DNA of 64,000 nt from a virus. Taxonomy: Duplodnaviria; Caudoviricetes. Made by a program: the position numbers and the translations under genes. Location: the IMG/VR virus record IMGVR_UViG_3300014641_000001, positions 1-64,000 of that record; one strand, written 5' to 3'. Under the pieces are notes generated by a model, which saw only the letters and a list, made by a program, of their open reading frames with translations, had not been told where the DNA came from and made no database searches. Shown here piece after piece: positions 30,744 through 41,023 of this stretch (positions are counted from its first letter, which is position 1; each line of letters opens with the position of its first letter).

Positions 30744-30828
30744 TGATTGAATTGTATAGTGTGAGGGATATGCACATTCAATCATTTGCATATCCCTATT
30801 TTTTACGTCTTGGAAAGGAGGATATATT

Positions 30829-31002
30829 ATATACGAAACAAAATTTGATAAGGAATATCAAAGCCAATATCTAGCAGAGGTAAATTATCTTACAGGAAAA
30901 GGCATTAAATATACTTTTGTGAAGAAAATAAATGGATTAATTACTTACAAATATGAAAAGAATAAAAGGCTTTTCAAAGCGTTATCGGAATTCTATTCAT
31001 AA
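30829..31002 (+). CDS. Small phage protein (57 aa, ATA start, not in track)
   Basis: AAGGAGG, 7 nt, ATA; 'KFDKEYQSQYLAEVNYL..KGIKYTFVKKINGLITYKY'. Confidence 0.6.
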   Translation: MYETKFDKEYQSQYLAEVNYLTGKGIKYTFVKKINGLITYKYEKNKRLFKALSEFYS

Positions 31003-31142
31003 ATAAAGAGACAATATTAGATGAGGTTATGTAAGACAATACATGTAAAAGTGGATAGCATACCCGTGAGGAAATTGATATTTCCAATAGACAGGAAGGT
31101 TTGCCATTTTCCTATTATTCAAAGTAACAAGGAGGTATTATC

Positions 31143-31397
31143 ATGGAATTTTTAAATGAATTTATGTTGCCAGTGGTATTAGGCATCTGTTTGTGCGCAG
31201 GTTATGTAATCAAACAGTGGGTAAAAGATGTGGATAATAAATACATTCCTACAATTTGTGTAGTATTAGGTATCTTCCTTGCCGCGTGGATTAACGGTTG
31301 GACTGTTACTCCACAGATTATTTTAAGTGGAGCCGTTTCTGGGCTTTCATCTACTGGACTTCATCAGCTCTTTAAACAGTATTTAGAGAAAAAGTAA
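31143..31397 (+). CDS. Holin
   Basis: Small protein with 2-3 TM segments; 'NKYIP', 'GAVSGLSSTGLHQLFKQ'. Confidence 0.85.
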   Translation: MEFLNEFMLPVVLGICLCAGYVIKQWVKDVDNKYIPTICVVLGIFLAAWINGWTVTPQIILSGAVSGLSSTGLHQLFKQYLEKK

Positions 31398-31431
31398 TTG
31401 TGATGTTAACGAAAGGTACGGTACATAATGA

Positions 31432-31941
31432 GTGAACGAATTAAAGGCACTACTGCAGGTTGATTTCCCACTTGTACTTTCAAGTATACTTATAATTTTT
31501 ACGGGATTTAAAGGCATCGTTACTCTTTTAGAGTGGATAGCCGATAAGACTGGATTGGAATTTAAGTGGTTGAGAAAAAAGCGTGAAGATCACGAATTGT
31601 TGATGAAGACGGCTAGCGAGTTGGTTGAGTTAAGAAACCAAAGAAATATAGATGTAGAAGAATCTATTAAACATGATGTGGCAATCAGGTCAGACTTGGC
31701 TGAATTAAAAACTATGTTTATCGACAGAGAAATTGATACCATGAGGTGGGAAATAATTAATTTTTCCACTAAAATCTCTGAGGGCAAATCTTGCAATAAG
31801 GACAGTTACAAACACTGTCTTCGAATTTACGAAAAATATGAGAAGATGCTTGAAGATAATCATATGACTAACGGAGAAGTAGATTTATCAATGGAAATTG
31901 TAAACGAGTCATATAAGGAAAAACTAAAGAATGGATTTTAA
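31432..31941 (+). CDS. Membrane-anchored, holin-associated protein
   Basis: N-terminal TM segment then coiled coil; 'YEKYE...NGEVD'. Confidence 0.6.
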   Translation: MNELKALLQVDFPLVLSSILIIFTGFKGIVTLLEWIADKTGLEFKWLRKKREDHELLMKTASELVELRNQRNIDVEESIKHDVAIRSDLAELKTMFIDREIDTMRWEIINFSTKISEGKSCNKDSYKHCLRIYEKYEKMLEDNHMTNGEVDLSMEIVNESYKEKLKNGF

Positions 31942-31946
31942 GTTGA

Positions 31947-31977
31947 AAGGGCGATTTCATTTCGAAGTCGCTCTTTT
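31947..31977 (+). terminator. Intrinsic terminator
   Basis: AAAGGGCGATTTC/GAAGTCGCTCTTT. Confidence 0.65.
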
Positions 31978-32021
31978 GGTATATCAAAACGGAGAATATT
32001 AAGATGGGAGGTGATAATTAA

Positions 32022-33140
32022 ATGTTTAAATCGTATAAGTATCGAATATATCCTAACGCACAACAAGAAGATCTTATTCAGAAAACCTTTGGAAGTTGCA
32101 GGTTTGTGTATAATCAGACTCTTTCGTATAGAAAAAAGCTATATGAAGTCGAAGGAAAATCATTAAGTAAATTAGACTGTAAAGCTTATATGAGTCGCAC
32201 TTTAAAGAAAGAACACACGTGGTTAAGTGAAGTTGATAAATTTTCTTTAGAAAATTCGATATTTGATCTTGATTTTGCTTATAAAATGTTCTTTAAAAGC
32301 CACGCGGGGTATCCTAAGTACAAAAGTAAACACAACAATAGGAATTCATATAAAACAAATTGTAACTATTGTGGAAAACCAACCATTGAAGTTTCTTTTG
32401 AAGAAAGCGAAATTAAACTTCCAAAGCTAAGATGGGTAAAAGCAAAGATTCATAGAGAATTTATAGGTAAAATAAAATCAGCAACAATTTCACAAGTACC
32501 ATCTGGTAAGTATTTCGTATCTATATTAATAGAAACAGAACATATTCCACTGGAATCTACTGGTCATATGATAGGTATAGATCTTGGCATTAAAGATTTA
32601 CTTATCACTTCCGATAGAGAAAAGTTTGATAATGTTCGCCCCACTAAAAAATATGAATATAAATTGGCGAAAGAACAACGTAAACTCTCTTGTAAACAAA
32701 AGGGTAGTAAGAATTGGAATAAACAAAGGATCAAAGTAGCTAAAGTCTATGAAAAAATTCATAATACCAGAATTGATAATCTACATAAAATTACACACAA
32801 ACTAATCAGCGATAACCAAGTGATAGTTAGTGAGAATTTGGCAGTTTCAAACATGGTAAAGAATCACAATCTTGCAAAAGCAATAACTGATTGTGGGTGG
32901 TATGAACTTACGAGACAATTACAGTATAAGGCTGATTGGAATAATCGAGATTATATCAAAATCGGTAGATTTGTTCCAAGTAGTCAGTTGTGTTCTAATT
33001 GTGGTTATCAGAATCCAGACACAAAGAATTTATCTGTTAGAGAATGGACTTGTCCTATATGTGTAACTATTCACGACAGAGACGTTAATGCTGCAAAGAA
33101 TATATTAAATGAGGGATTAAGGCTATTAAGTGTATCTTAG
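32022..33140 (+). CDS. tnpB: RNA-guided endonuclease TnpB (IS200/IS605 family); no tnpA nearby
   Basis: HTH 'YKYRIYP...FGSCRFVYN'; RuvC D (GIDLG), E (VSENL), D (DRDVNAA); CSNC/CPIC Zn finger. Confidence 0.93.
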   Translation: MFKSYKYRIYPNAQQEDLIQKTFGSCRFVYNQTLSYRKKLYEVEGKSLSKLDCKAYMSRTLKKEHTWLSEVDKFSLENSIFDLDFAYKMFFKSHAGYPKYKSKHNNRNSYKTNCNYCGKPTIEVSFEESEIKLPKLRWVKAKIHREFIGKIKSATISQVPSGKYFVSILIETEHIPLESTGHMIGIDLGIKDLLITSDREKFDNVRPTKKYEYKLAKEQRKLSCKQKGSKNWNKQRIKVAKVYEKIHNTRIDNLHKITHKLISDNQVIVSENLAVSNMVKNHNLAKAITDCGWYELTRQLQYKADWNNRDYIKIGRFVPSSQLCSNCGYQNPDTKNLSVREWTCPICVTIHDRDVNAAKNILNEGLRLLSVS

Positions 33141-33266
33141 ATGATATTAGTACGGCAGGAACTGTCGGAATTTACGCTTGTGGAGATAGTAGGTTACGAG
33201 GTCAGCGAAGCAAGAAATTGTGTTAATTTATATCACAATTGTTCACCGACAATAAGTTGATGCAAA
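33141..33266 (+). ncRNA. Candidate TnpB omegaRNA / right end plus guide
   Basis: 'ACGGCAGGAACTGTCGGAATTTACGCTTGTGGAG...AAGCAAGAA', a subterminal hairpin, the TTCAC end (33242-46), then a putative guide. Confidence 0.65.
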
Positions 33267-33280
33267 AGTTTGGTCTATAT

Positions 33281-33385
33281 ATGAAATATAGGCCCGTTAC
33301 ATATGTTACTAAAAAGGGATTAGAATACATTCGTAAGATTCTTCGCAAGGACGGGTATTATGATTGCGATTTAGTGACTGAATAA
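33281..33385 (+). pseudogene. C-terminal remnant of a KilAC-type antirepressor
   Basis: 'YRPVTYVTKKGLEYIRKIL'. Confidence 0.55.
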
Positions 33386-33430
33386 AAATATAGACACGAC
33401 TCCACTAGTTGATGTGGTGGAGTTTTTATT

Positions 33431-33637
33431 ATGCTGAAAAAGGAGAAATATATGAATTTTGATAGGAATTTACCTAGAGAAATGCAGTGGAATATATCGT
33501 TAGATGAAGATTTCGACGGGTCAAAGAAAAAGATACTCAATATTCTTAAAGAACAAAAAGTATCTTTATCCAAAACAAGAGCTTTGTTTAATAGTATTTT
33601 AGATGAAATTGAAGATCTCAACCCGATCACATTATAG
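33431..33637 (+). CDS. Small hypothetical protein
   Basis: AGGAG SD (likely start 33452); converges with the next gene. Confidence 0.5.
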   Translation: MLKKEKYMNFDRNLPREMQWNISLDEDFDGSKKKILNILKEQKVSLSKTRALFNSILDEIEDLNPITL

Positions 33638-33814
33638 AAACTTAATGTTATGATATTCACTTTCAATCGCATCACATATAATACTGGATATCTTTGCAAT
33701 CTCTGCTATTTGGTCAGGAATATTCATTTGACTGCAGTTTAATAATCGATTTTGCTTAACATATTCCATTGTAAGCTGATGTGCGAGTTGTTTGCCTTCT
33801 TGCGTTTGAAGCAT
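33632..33814 (-). CDS. Small hypothetical protein
   Basis: AAGGAGGT SD on the minus strand. Confidence 0.6.
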   Translation of the reverse strand: MLQTQEGKQLAHQLTMEYVKQNRLLNCSQMNIPDQIAEIAKISSIICDAIESEYHNIKFL

Positions 33815-33879
33815 GTGACACCTCCTTAATATTGATACATGAATTATAGCATTTTATAAAAAGAAAAGGAAGTGAAGTT

Positions 33880-34332
33880 ATAAACAGAACTAAATTTAAT
33901 GTATCCAAAGATATAGATAAGAGAACTTATGATGGAATCGTGTTTGATTCAGTATTAGAAATGAAATACTACAGAGACGTTCTATTACCGCTGGTGAAGA
34001 GTGGTGATGTGGTAAATTATGAATTGCAAAAACCATACGAGTTACAACCAAAGTTCGTACACGATACGAAATCAGTTCAGCCAATTAAATATGTGGCTGA
34101 CTTTTTTATTGTTTATAAAGATGGGCATGAAGAAGTTATAGATACAAAAGGTTGTCCAGACAGTGTCGCCACTTTAAAGAGGAAATTGTTTTGGTACCAC
34201 TACCCCACCGTAAATTATAAATGGATTTGTTATTCAAAAATTGACGGAGGCTGGTGTGAATATGAAACCGTTAAGAAAGCAAGGTCTGAACGGAAACGAA
34301 TAAAGAAAAGCTCTATCAATAACAGAGTTTAA
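33880..34332 (+). CDS. DUF1064-like PD-(D/E)XK nuclease
   Basis: 'DGIVFDSVLE..YY', 'YVADF', 'VIDTKG'; frame open to ATA 33880 after the SD. Confidence 0.78.
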   Translation: MNRTKFNVSKDIDKRTYDGIVFDSVLEMKYYRDVLLPLVKSGDVVNYELQKPYELQPKFVHDTKSVQPIKYVADFFIVYKDGHEEVIDTKGCPDSVATLKRKLFWYHYPTVNYKWICYSKIDGGWCEYETVKKARSERKRIKKSSINNRV

Positions 34333-34528
34333 TATACATCACCATAAGATACCAACATTGGTAAAACTACACAAAGGAAATTGTCAAAACAACGCTTAAG
34401 ACAGAATAACCAACGCTTATGTAAGGTTGCACAACCGCAACGCATTATGTGCTATATTGTACATAATAAATTTATTAGTAAATGCAGATACTATCTTCAT
34501 AAAATAAAACTTATAAAGGTGGCATTGC

Positions 34529-34738
34529 ATGAAAATTAAACTGCGCAGTTTAAGAATTAAACAACACATGTCTATGGAAGATTTGGCAATAAAAGCTTTG
34601 ATTAGCAAATCTACAATAAGCAGGATTGAATCTGGGGATATGATTCCGTCTATTGATATATTGTGTAGGTTATGCGTAGCTCTTGGCGTCACTTTAAACG
34701 ACATGGTGGACTGCAAAGGAGGTTTTTATGATGACTGA
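34529..34738 (+). CDS. XRE family HTH regulator
   Basis: 'SMEDLA...ISKSTISRIESG...PSIDILCRLC.AL'. Confidence 0.88.
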   Translation: MKIKLRSLRIKQHMSMEDLAIKALISKSTISRIESGDMIPSIDILCRLCVALGVTLNDMVDCKGGFYDD

Positions 34739-34976
34739 ATTTATTATTGATGGTGGTGTAGGTGTGGAATTTAATCCAATACAAGATGTGGTTGAAAAAC
34801 AAACTGTAAAAGTAGTGTGTTTTGCTGATGATGGAGCTTTCGAGTTTCGTGTGTTAGAAAAGGCTATTATACCATTATATGATGTGCATGAATTTATTAA
34901 ATCTAGATTCAATCTACATAGAAATGCTAAATGGTTATTGTTGCCACATGAGGTAGAAATTAGTGAAACTGAATAA
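34728..34976 (+). CDS. Hypothetical protein
   Basis: AGGAGG SD; coupled to the HTH gene. Confidence 0.6.
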   Translation: MMTEFIIDGGVGVEFNPIQDVVEKQTVKVVCFADDGAFEFRVLEKAIIPLYDVHEFIKSRFNLHRNAKWLLLPHEVEISETE

Positions 34977-35035
34977 TAGTATATTTTAAGAGCTGATCGC
35001 GATGGTCGGCTCTTATTTAAATTGGAGGAAAATCT

Positions 35036-35242
35036 ATGATTAATTATATTAAATCAAAGTTATTCTTTGCGAAACTTAAGATGGAGTTATATAAAGCGTT
35101 ATCTCACAGCGAAGATTATTTAGAGATGTTCACAAAGTTGGCTGTTGCTTCTAAGGATATGACACCCGAAGAAGTAAAAAGTGAATTTCTTAAGGAGTTT
35201 GCTGGTGTCGTCCATGATTATGTACATAGAGATGATAAGTAA
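35036..35242 (+). CDS. Hypothetical protein
   Basis: GGAGG SD. Confidence 0.6.
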   Translation: MINYIKSKLFFAKLKMELYKALSHSEDYLEMFTKLAVASKDMTPEEVKSEFLKEFAGVVHDYVHRDDK

Positions 35243-35682
35243 TGGCTAGAACTTTTAAATCTTTTATTGAAATGGAAAACTTTATTGACTCAGCATGTGA
35301 AAATGCCGTAAAGAAAACTTGCAATAGATTACTTGGGACTTTGCAAGAATTAATTATGTCAGAATACTATGATGCGTATGAACCCAAACAGTACCAAAGA
35401 ACTATGCAGTTCTATGAATCAGCAATGACAGAAATGCTTACTAGTACTTGTGGACAGATCTTTATGAATCCAGACAAGATGGATTATCCTTTTAGCGGAA
35501 GGGGTTGGTCATGGGACGGCGCTACTCAGATATCCGCTGCTAATGAAGGAATTCATGGTGGCTGGACAACTAAAGAGTCAGTACAACATAGATACTGGGA
35601 TGAATTTGAAAGTTATTGTGATAACAACGCTCTGAAAATTCTCAAAGAGGAACTTAAAAGGGCGGGCGTAGATACAAAATAA
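35242..35682 (+). CDS. Tail module protein (possible neck/gp10-like)
   Basis: 'YYDAYEP..YQRT'; lies before the tape measure gene. Confidence 0.55.
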   Translation: MARTFKSFIEMENFIDSACENAVKKTCNRLLGTLQELIMSEYYDAYEPKQYQRTMQFYESAMTEMLTSTCGQIFMNPDKMDYPFSGRGWSWDGATQISAANEGIHGGWTTKESVQHRYWDEFESYCDNNALKILKEELKRAGVDTK

Positions 35683-35780
35683 AATCTCCACCATATTATA
35701 GTCAACATTTATTTATTAACCCACTCTCCTTTCACACAAGGGGAGTTTTTTATTGTGTAAATTTTTGAGAGGAGAATTAT

Positions 35781-37153
35781 ATGGCTGATTTTAGAACTCT
35801 CGTAGAACTTATATTTGATAAAGCAAAAGCGAGAAATGAATTAAATAGCATTTTAAAGGAATTACAAAAAGACGCCAATTTAAAAACGGAAATAAAAGTC
35901 GGTACTTCTGAAGCAAAGAAGGCAAAAAAGGATTTAAATGAAACCGCTTCAGCAATTGGGAAGATTGTAACTGAATCTAGGCAGTTGTCAAAAGTTAATA
36001 CAATTAAGACATGGGCTGACAACAACACTAAAGCCATGAAGATGTTTGGTGATCAGATTCAGGACATCATCACCAAAATGGGAAAGGCTAATCTTTCGCT
36101 GTCTGATTTTAAAGGTCTAGATGCCGATTTTAATAGGATTAAAATAGCGTCCAGAGATATGAATTTACTTGGTAAGACCTGGGGTGATTCGTTTAAGGCA
36201 GACGCAAGCAAATTTGCTTCATGGTTGCTTCCTTCTGGCGGAATCATGACTGCCATTAGTGGACTGCGTAAAATGAAGGATTCTATCGTTGATATAGATA
36301 CAGCCATGACTAATCTATATAAGGTGTCCGATGAAACAGACTCAAAATATAGACAGTTTCTTCAAAGTTCAAATATAGAAGCCCAGAGACTTGGGAGAAC
36401 AGTATCCAGTCTCATTGAGCAAACTGCAACTTGGAAAAAACTTGGTTTTACCACTGATGAGTCAAGTGAATTGGCGAAAATATCATCAATTTATGCTAAC
36501 GTAGGTGAAGTGTCTGATGACACTGCTGTTTCGGATTTAGTGACAGCAATGAAAGCCTTTAACATTGCAGGATCAGACAGTATAACAATTGTAGATTCGC
36601 TTAACAAATTGGGTAACGAATTTGCTACCGATGCTGCCTCTCTCGGAGAAGGACTAAAAAACTCCGCATCTTCTCTTCGTCTTGCAGGAAACGATATAGA
36701 TCAGACTCTTGCTATGCTAACAGGTGGTACAGAAATTATTCAGAATGCAGGAGAAATGGGAAATGCTCTGAAAATACTGAGTATGAGAATACGAGGTATG
36801 AAAGGCGAGCTGGAAGCACTCGGAGAAGAATATGACAATGTGGAGTCAATATCAAAAATCCAAACCCAGATCTTGAATCGTACTGGCGGTACAGTAAATA
36901 TATTTGACAATAATGGAAACTTCAAGTCTACGTATGAGATACTAAAGGGAATATCAGAAGTATGGGATAAAATTTCTCAAACCGACCAGGCCGACCTTTT
37001 AGAAGTTATCGCGGGTAAACAGCGCGGTAACAGCGTTGCAGCTTTAATTCAATCATTCCAATCTGGGCAAGTGCAAAAGGCATTAGAGGCTTCAATGAAC
37101 TCTGCTGGATCAGCTTATGAAGAACAGAGCAAATGGATGGAATCAATTGAGGC
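35781..37153 (+). CDS. Tape measure protein, exon 1
   Basis: TP901-like TMP core ('DTAMTNLYKVSDET', 'IVDSLNKLGNEFA', 'GNALKILSMRIRG', 'IAGKQRGN'); reading continues only if spliced after GAG GC. Confidence 0.88.
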
Positions 37154-37562
37154 AGACTTTTGCCTCGTTGCGTAGAAATATGTAACATTAATATATTTAA
37201 TTGCAGGTAATGCCTTAGAGCCTTACACCACAATATAGGGGAAACCACTATATGATGGTTTTACAACGTAAGGATTGGCTGTTCATGCAGCGAAGCACCC
37301 TAACGTATTCCGTAGACCATACGGTACTTTAGTCGAGGGTGAACGTTCAACGACTAGATTCATGTCGAGATTTGGACTAGAGAATAAGGGTGGAAATCCC
37401 GAATATCCAGATCAATAATCGTAGGGCGCAAATCGCAAATGGCGTGGGTGAAATTCCCTTAAATCGAAAAGGTATACTCTCAGCACGTAGTGGTGGAGAT
37501 GAAGAAATAGTCTAGTCTCATATGAAAATATGAGTTGATTGTTATTATAAAAAAGGAGTTTG

Positions 37563-37697
37563 AATGAAAAAATTCGTCAAAGAATATTCAACTCAATTAA
37601 CCCCATTAAAGGAGTATTTGGAGAAGGAATTAAATCCTCTTTCGCAAAAGTGATCTAAGGAGTAACTACATATAAGTACACAAATTCTGGAGAGTAA
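37563..37697 (+). pseudogene. Degenerate paralog of the 30829 gene, inside intron 1
   Basis: AAGGAG SD; 'MKKFVKEYSTQL...KGIKSSFAKVI*GVTTYKY' with frameshift and stop. Confidence 0.5.
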
Positions 37698-37761
37698 TTT
37701 ATATTACTCTCCTATTTTTATACAAGTAAATAGATAATTAAAGGAGAATAAACGTGGATAA

Positions 37762-39198
37762 ATGAACAAAAAATATAATCAAGAGAAGGCAATAGAAATT
37801 ATGCAGTCATACGGATATAAACTTGACGACATATATAAATCATATAACCATAAACTAAGAATAGTTGATAATGATGGATATATCTATTATAGAAGCCTTG
37901 GTGACATATTATCAAATAAAACACCCACGAAATTTGGTCGTGGGAATCCATTTACAATTGAGAATATTAAAAATTACACTTATCAAAATAATATACAAAC
38001 ACAATTGCTGTCTGAATCTTTTACTGAATCTAGTGGTTTATTATTATGGAAGTGTAGTTGTGGCAAATCATATACATGCTCGTGGAATGCATTTGAAAAC
38101 GATAAACATTTATGCAATGATTGCTCGATTAAAGACAGAGGACTTAAGCAAAGAATCAACAAGGCTAATGTAATTGATAAGGTTAAAAGTATGGGCTATC
38201 ATATTGTTGAAATTGCTGATGATATATGTGTTTTCGACAGCATAAAAATATCAGACGATTTAGGATATAAATATTATCCAGTAATAAATAATATCATATA
38301 CGATAAAAGACCTTTTAGGTTTCATAAATCAAATATTTTTTCAATCGATAATGTAAATAACTATTTTAGGCTAATTGGAGAAACTGATTATACATGCGTT
38401 AGCAATGAATATATTGACAATACCTCTGACTTGGAAATATTACATAAAAAATGCGGAACGGTATTTAATGCCAAACTCACTAAACTAACTGACAAAGGAG
38501 TTAGTTATTGCAATATGTGTCCAAAATGTAAAACGACTAAAACCGAATCGGTTCACGCATCAGTTCTGAAACAAGTATTTCTAAATAAACATCCTGATTC
38601 TGTATTAGAGGATAAATCTTGCATAAACTCAAAGACAGGCTACTCGCTCCCTACTGATATCGTTAATCACAGATTAAAATTGGCAATAGAAATACAAAGT
38701 TCTCTACATGATAATAGAAAGGATATTGATCTGTATAAAAAGAATTTCTGGATTGATAGAGGGTATGATTTTTATTCTCCCGATATTAGAGATTATTCTA
38801 TATTGGGTATGATACAATTATTTTTTAAAGATATCGAATCAATACCAAAATATATAGATTATAACTTTTCGAATTGTGTGGATTTCATCGAAATACAAAA
38901 CATGATTGATTCGGGGCATACGATTATTGAGATAGCTAGTATTAAGAATATCTCAGAAGCTACAATAAGGGGGCTCGTCACTGACAAAAAGGTAATCTTG
39001 CCTCCCGACTATAAAAATAAAATATTTAAAATAAAACCCATATTAAGGCTTGATGTTAAGGGAAATGTAATTAAAAGATATGAATCGTTAAGTTCTATAT
39101 CAAGAGATGGATTCGCCACAGGTACCATTAGAAGAGTATTAAAAGGTAAACAAAAGTTGTCGTATGGAACGAAATGGATTTATGACATAAAAAAATAA
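37762..39198 (+). CDS. Intron-encoded homing endonuclease (Zn motifs, PD-(D/E)XK-like core, NUMOD1-like tail)
   Basis: 'PTDIVN...AIEIQSSLHD'; CSC/CNDC/CPKC; C-terminal 'DVKGNVIKRYESL...GTKWIY'. Confidence 0.78.
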   Translation: MNKKYNQEKAIEIMQSYGYKLDDIYKSYNHKLRIVDNDGYIYYRSLGDILSNKTPTKFGRGNPFTIENIKNYTYQNNIQTQLLSESFTESSGLLLWKCSCGKSYTCSWNAFENDKHLCNDCSIKDRGLKQRINKANVIDKVKSMGYHIVEIADDICVFDSIKISDDLGYKYYPVINNIIYDKRPFRFHKSNIFSIDNVNNYFRLIGETDYTCVSNEYIDNTSDLEILHKKCGTVFNAKLTKLTDKGVSYCNMCPKCKTTKTESVHASVLKQVFLNKHPDSVLEDKSCINSKTGYSLPTDIVNHRLKLAIEIQSSLHDNRKDIDLYKKNFWIDRGYDFYSPDIRDYSILGMIQLFFKDIESIPKYIDYNFSNCVDFIEIQNMIDSGHTIIEIASIKNISEATIRGLVTDKKVILPPDYKNKIFKIKPILRLDVKGNVIKRYESLSSISRDGFATGTIRRVLKGKQKLSYGTKWIYDIKK

Positions 39199-39244
39199 AA
39201 ATAACAATCAAAGAATGGTATTGCGAACCATTCTAAATATATCG

Positions 39245-39434
39245 AAAAACACAACAGTATGAAGCTTCATTTCAATCACTATCACAAACTATTATTAATT
39301 CAAATTTCTTAAAGTTTCTTATAGATTCTGGTACGACATTTAATAATGTATTAGATAAGACAATAAACGGCTTTGGTGTTTTGTCTACTACGCTTTCCGG
39401 TGCTGGTATAGCGGCATTCATTAAAAACTACGGT
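39245..39434 (+). CDS. Tape measure protein, exon 2 (not in ORF track)
   Basis: No start codon; reads (A)KTQQYEASFQSLSQTIINSNFLKFLIDSG...GIAAFIKNYG, in frame with exons 1 and 3. Confidence 0.82.
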
Positions 39435-40079
39435 TAACTCTGTAATAAGAGTTACGCTTAAATTTCCGAGGGATTTAAGTTGGCCTATCATGGGGAAGAA
39501 TATATCATAATGGCGATATAAACAATTCCATGGGACGAAAGTTTTAAAATAAAAAGAGGATTAATTGCTTGAAAGTGTAATGCTCACTACTCTTCTATTT
39601 TAGAAGAAACCGAAAAATAAGGTAAATAAGTCAAACGGTTTACACACCGGAGTGAGATTTCTAGGGATAAAAAATAATTCCCGACAGATGTACAATCACC
39701 AACGAAGCAGCTAGCCCTATCTGTGTATCACGATGTATAATCCGATGGTAACAATTGCGCAAGCAATGTCGGGATAAGATCATTAATGATAGGGAGTGTT
39801 CAGAGAGCACCACTCCTCACAGTACATGAAAGCCATATTTCATTGTGCTGTTAACGCATGTTCCAAAGTGTACACGATATCAACGCTTCACGAGGCGCTG
39901 GATATTATAATGTTGTAAAAGATATGGGCTACAGCCTATCATTGAGCGTAATATGGAAAAGTTAATCGTTTCTATGTTATGTATCAAAATAGTTATGTAG
40001 ATTCTCCCATATTTTTAAATAAAGTATTTATTCTCCTTTTTATATGATTGAATACTAATATAATGTACCATCCTATATA

Positions 40080-40283
40080 TTGTTTGAATATAATACAATA
40101 AATCAAATGGAGATGTATAGAAATATGACGAAAAAAATTATTAATTTGACCGAAGAAGGCGAAGCTCTAGGATATCCAAAAACTCCAGATTCTGAGATGA
40201 TAGAGATGGGTATATTTGATGGAAAGATAATCAATTTTATAAAAGTAATGTTTATAAAGATAGTTAAAATGATGAAAAGGTAG
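40080..40283 (+). CDS. Small hypothetical protein (intron 2 cargo)
   Basis: GGAG SD suggests a later start (about 40124); ends at a hairpin. Confidence 0.4.
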   Translation: MFEYNTINQMEMYRNMTKKIINLTEEGEALGYPKTPDSEMIEMGIFDGKIINFIKVMFIKIVKMMKR

Positions 40284-40296
40284 TCAATAGACTACC

Positions 40297-40458
40297 TTAT
40301 TCCTCGTTCTTTTTATTTTTGTCGTTATCATTAACATGTTTAATTTCTGAGAACATCTCTACCACATATTCTGGTCTAGGCGTACTTGGATACTGTTCTC
40401 CTTTTTCATTGGTGTTATTAGTACTTGTCATCTTGATAACATTTTCATCGTCTGACAT
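40297..40458 (-). CDS. Small hypothetical protein, 53 aa (intron 2 cargo, not in track)
   Basis: GGAGGAG SD; 'MSDDENVIKMTS...KKNEE'; overlaps the end of the upstream membrane gene. Confidence 0.6.
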   Translation of the reverse strand: MSDDENVIKMTSTNNTNEKGEQYPSTPRPEYVVEMFSEIKHVNDNDKNKKNEE

Positions 40459-41023
40459 TTATTTCTCCTCCTTCTATATGAATATTTTGTATATTATTAT
40501 TTATAAATTTGGTCTCATAGTAATCAATACCGACACCGAATGTATACGATAAAATAGATACTGCGAAAGTGATGCATATGAAATAACTCAACGATTTATG
40601 TTTCATGTTCTTTGTAATGTTCACATTTCTATTATGAATGGCTTCATTAATAAAACATTCACAGAGCATATTATTTACATGTATATCTGCTTTTTTAATA
40701 TGCTTTTTATCTGTCATTTGATATGTTTGTGAGATCGCAACAGCCATATCTTTAATTGGGAAATAACTCATTTTATAGCCAGAGTATGCTTTATAAAACT
40801 TGTGCAAGCAAATTATAAATAAAATCGTTGACAAAGCGCAAAATATCAAGTAAACAATAGTACACCATGATAAAGAAAAACGAACAAATTGTGACCAAAG
40901 TAATATTTGTGCACTACCAAGTATTGTAAGAAACGTAATACAAGTATTAATTTTATTACTTAATCTATCGGAATATTCTATCTCCTTATAATATAAATCT
41001 TTGTATTCTTCAAGCAATTCCAT
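40445..41023 (-). CDS. Three-TM membrane protein (intron 2 cargo)
   Basis: AAGGAG SD; three hydrophobic segments. Confidence 0.75.
   Translation of the reverse strand: MELLEEYKDLYYKEIEYSDRLSNKINTCITFLTILGSAQILLWSQFVRFSLSWCTIVYLIFCALSTILFIICLHKFYKAYSGYKMSYFPIKDMAVAISQTYQMTDKKHIKKADIHVNNMLCECFINEAIHNRNVNITKNMKHKSLSYFICITFAVSILSYTFGVGIDYYETKFINNNIQNIHIEGGEINVRR

Larger units (their letters stand above)
37154..39244 (+). mobile_element. Group I intron 1 (IA2-like, with P7.1/P7.2) carrying an endonuclease ORF
   Basis: P AATTGCAGG, Q CATGCAGC, R GTTCAACGACTA, S AAGAAATAGTC; TTGATTGTTATT/AATAACAATCAA stem encloses the ORF; IGS TTTTGCCTC; terminal G 39244. Confidence 0.88.

Noticed and set aside
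31040-31115. Hairpin with internal loops upstream of the holin, possible ribozyme or riboswitch
   Set aside because: No diagnostic conserved core recognised; evidence too weak
37154-37175. Track C-terminus 'DFCLVA*' of the 464 aa TMP ORF
   Set aside because: It is read-through into intron 1 P1/IGS, not a true protein end
781-39510. Recurring GAGAATA as a phage RNAP promoter motif
   Set aside because: Short, overlaps SD-like sequence and is expected often in AT-rich DNA; needs an enrichment test
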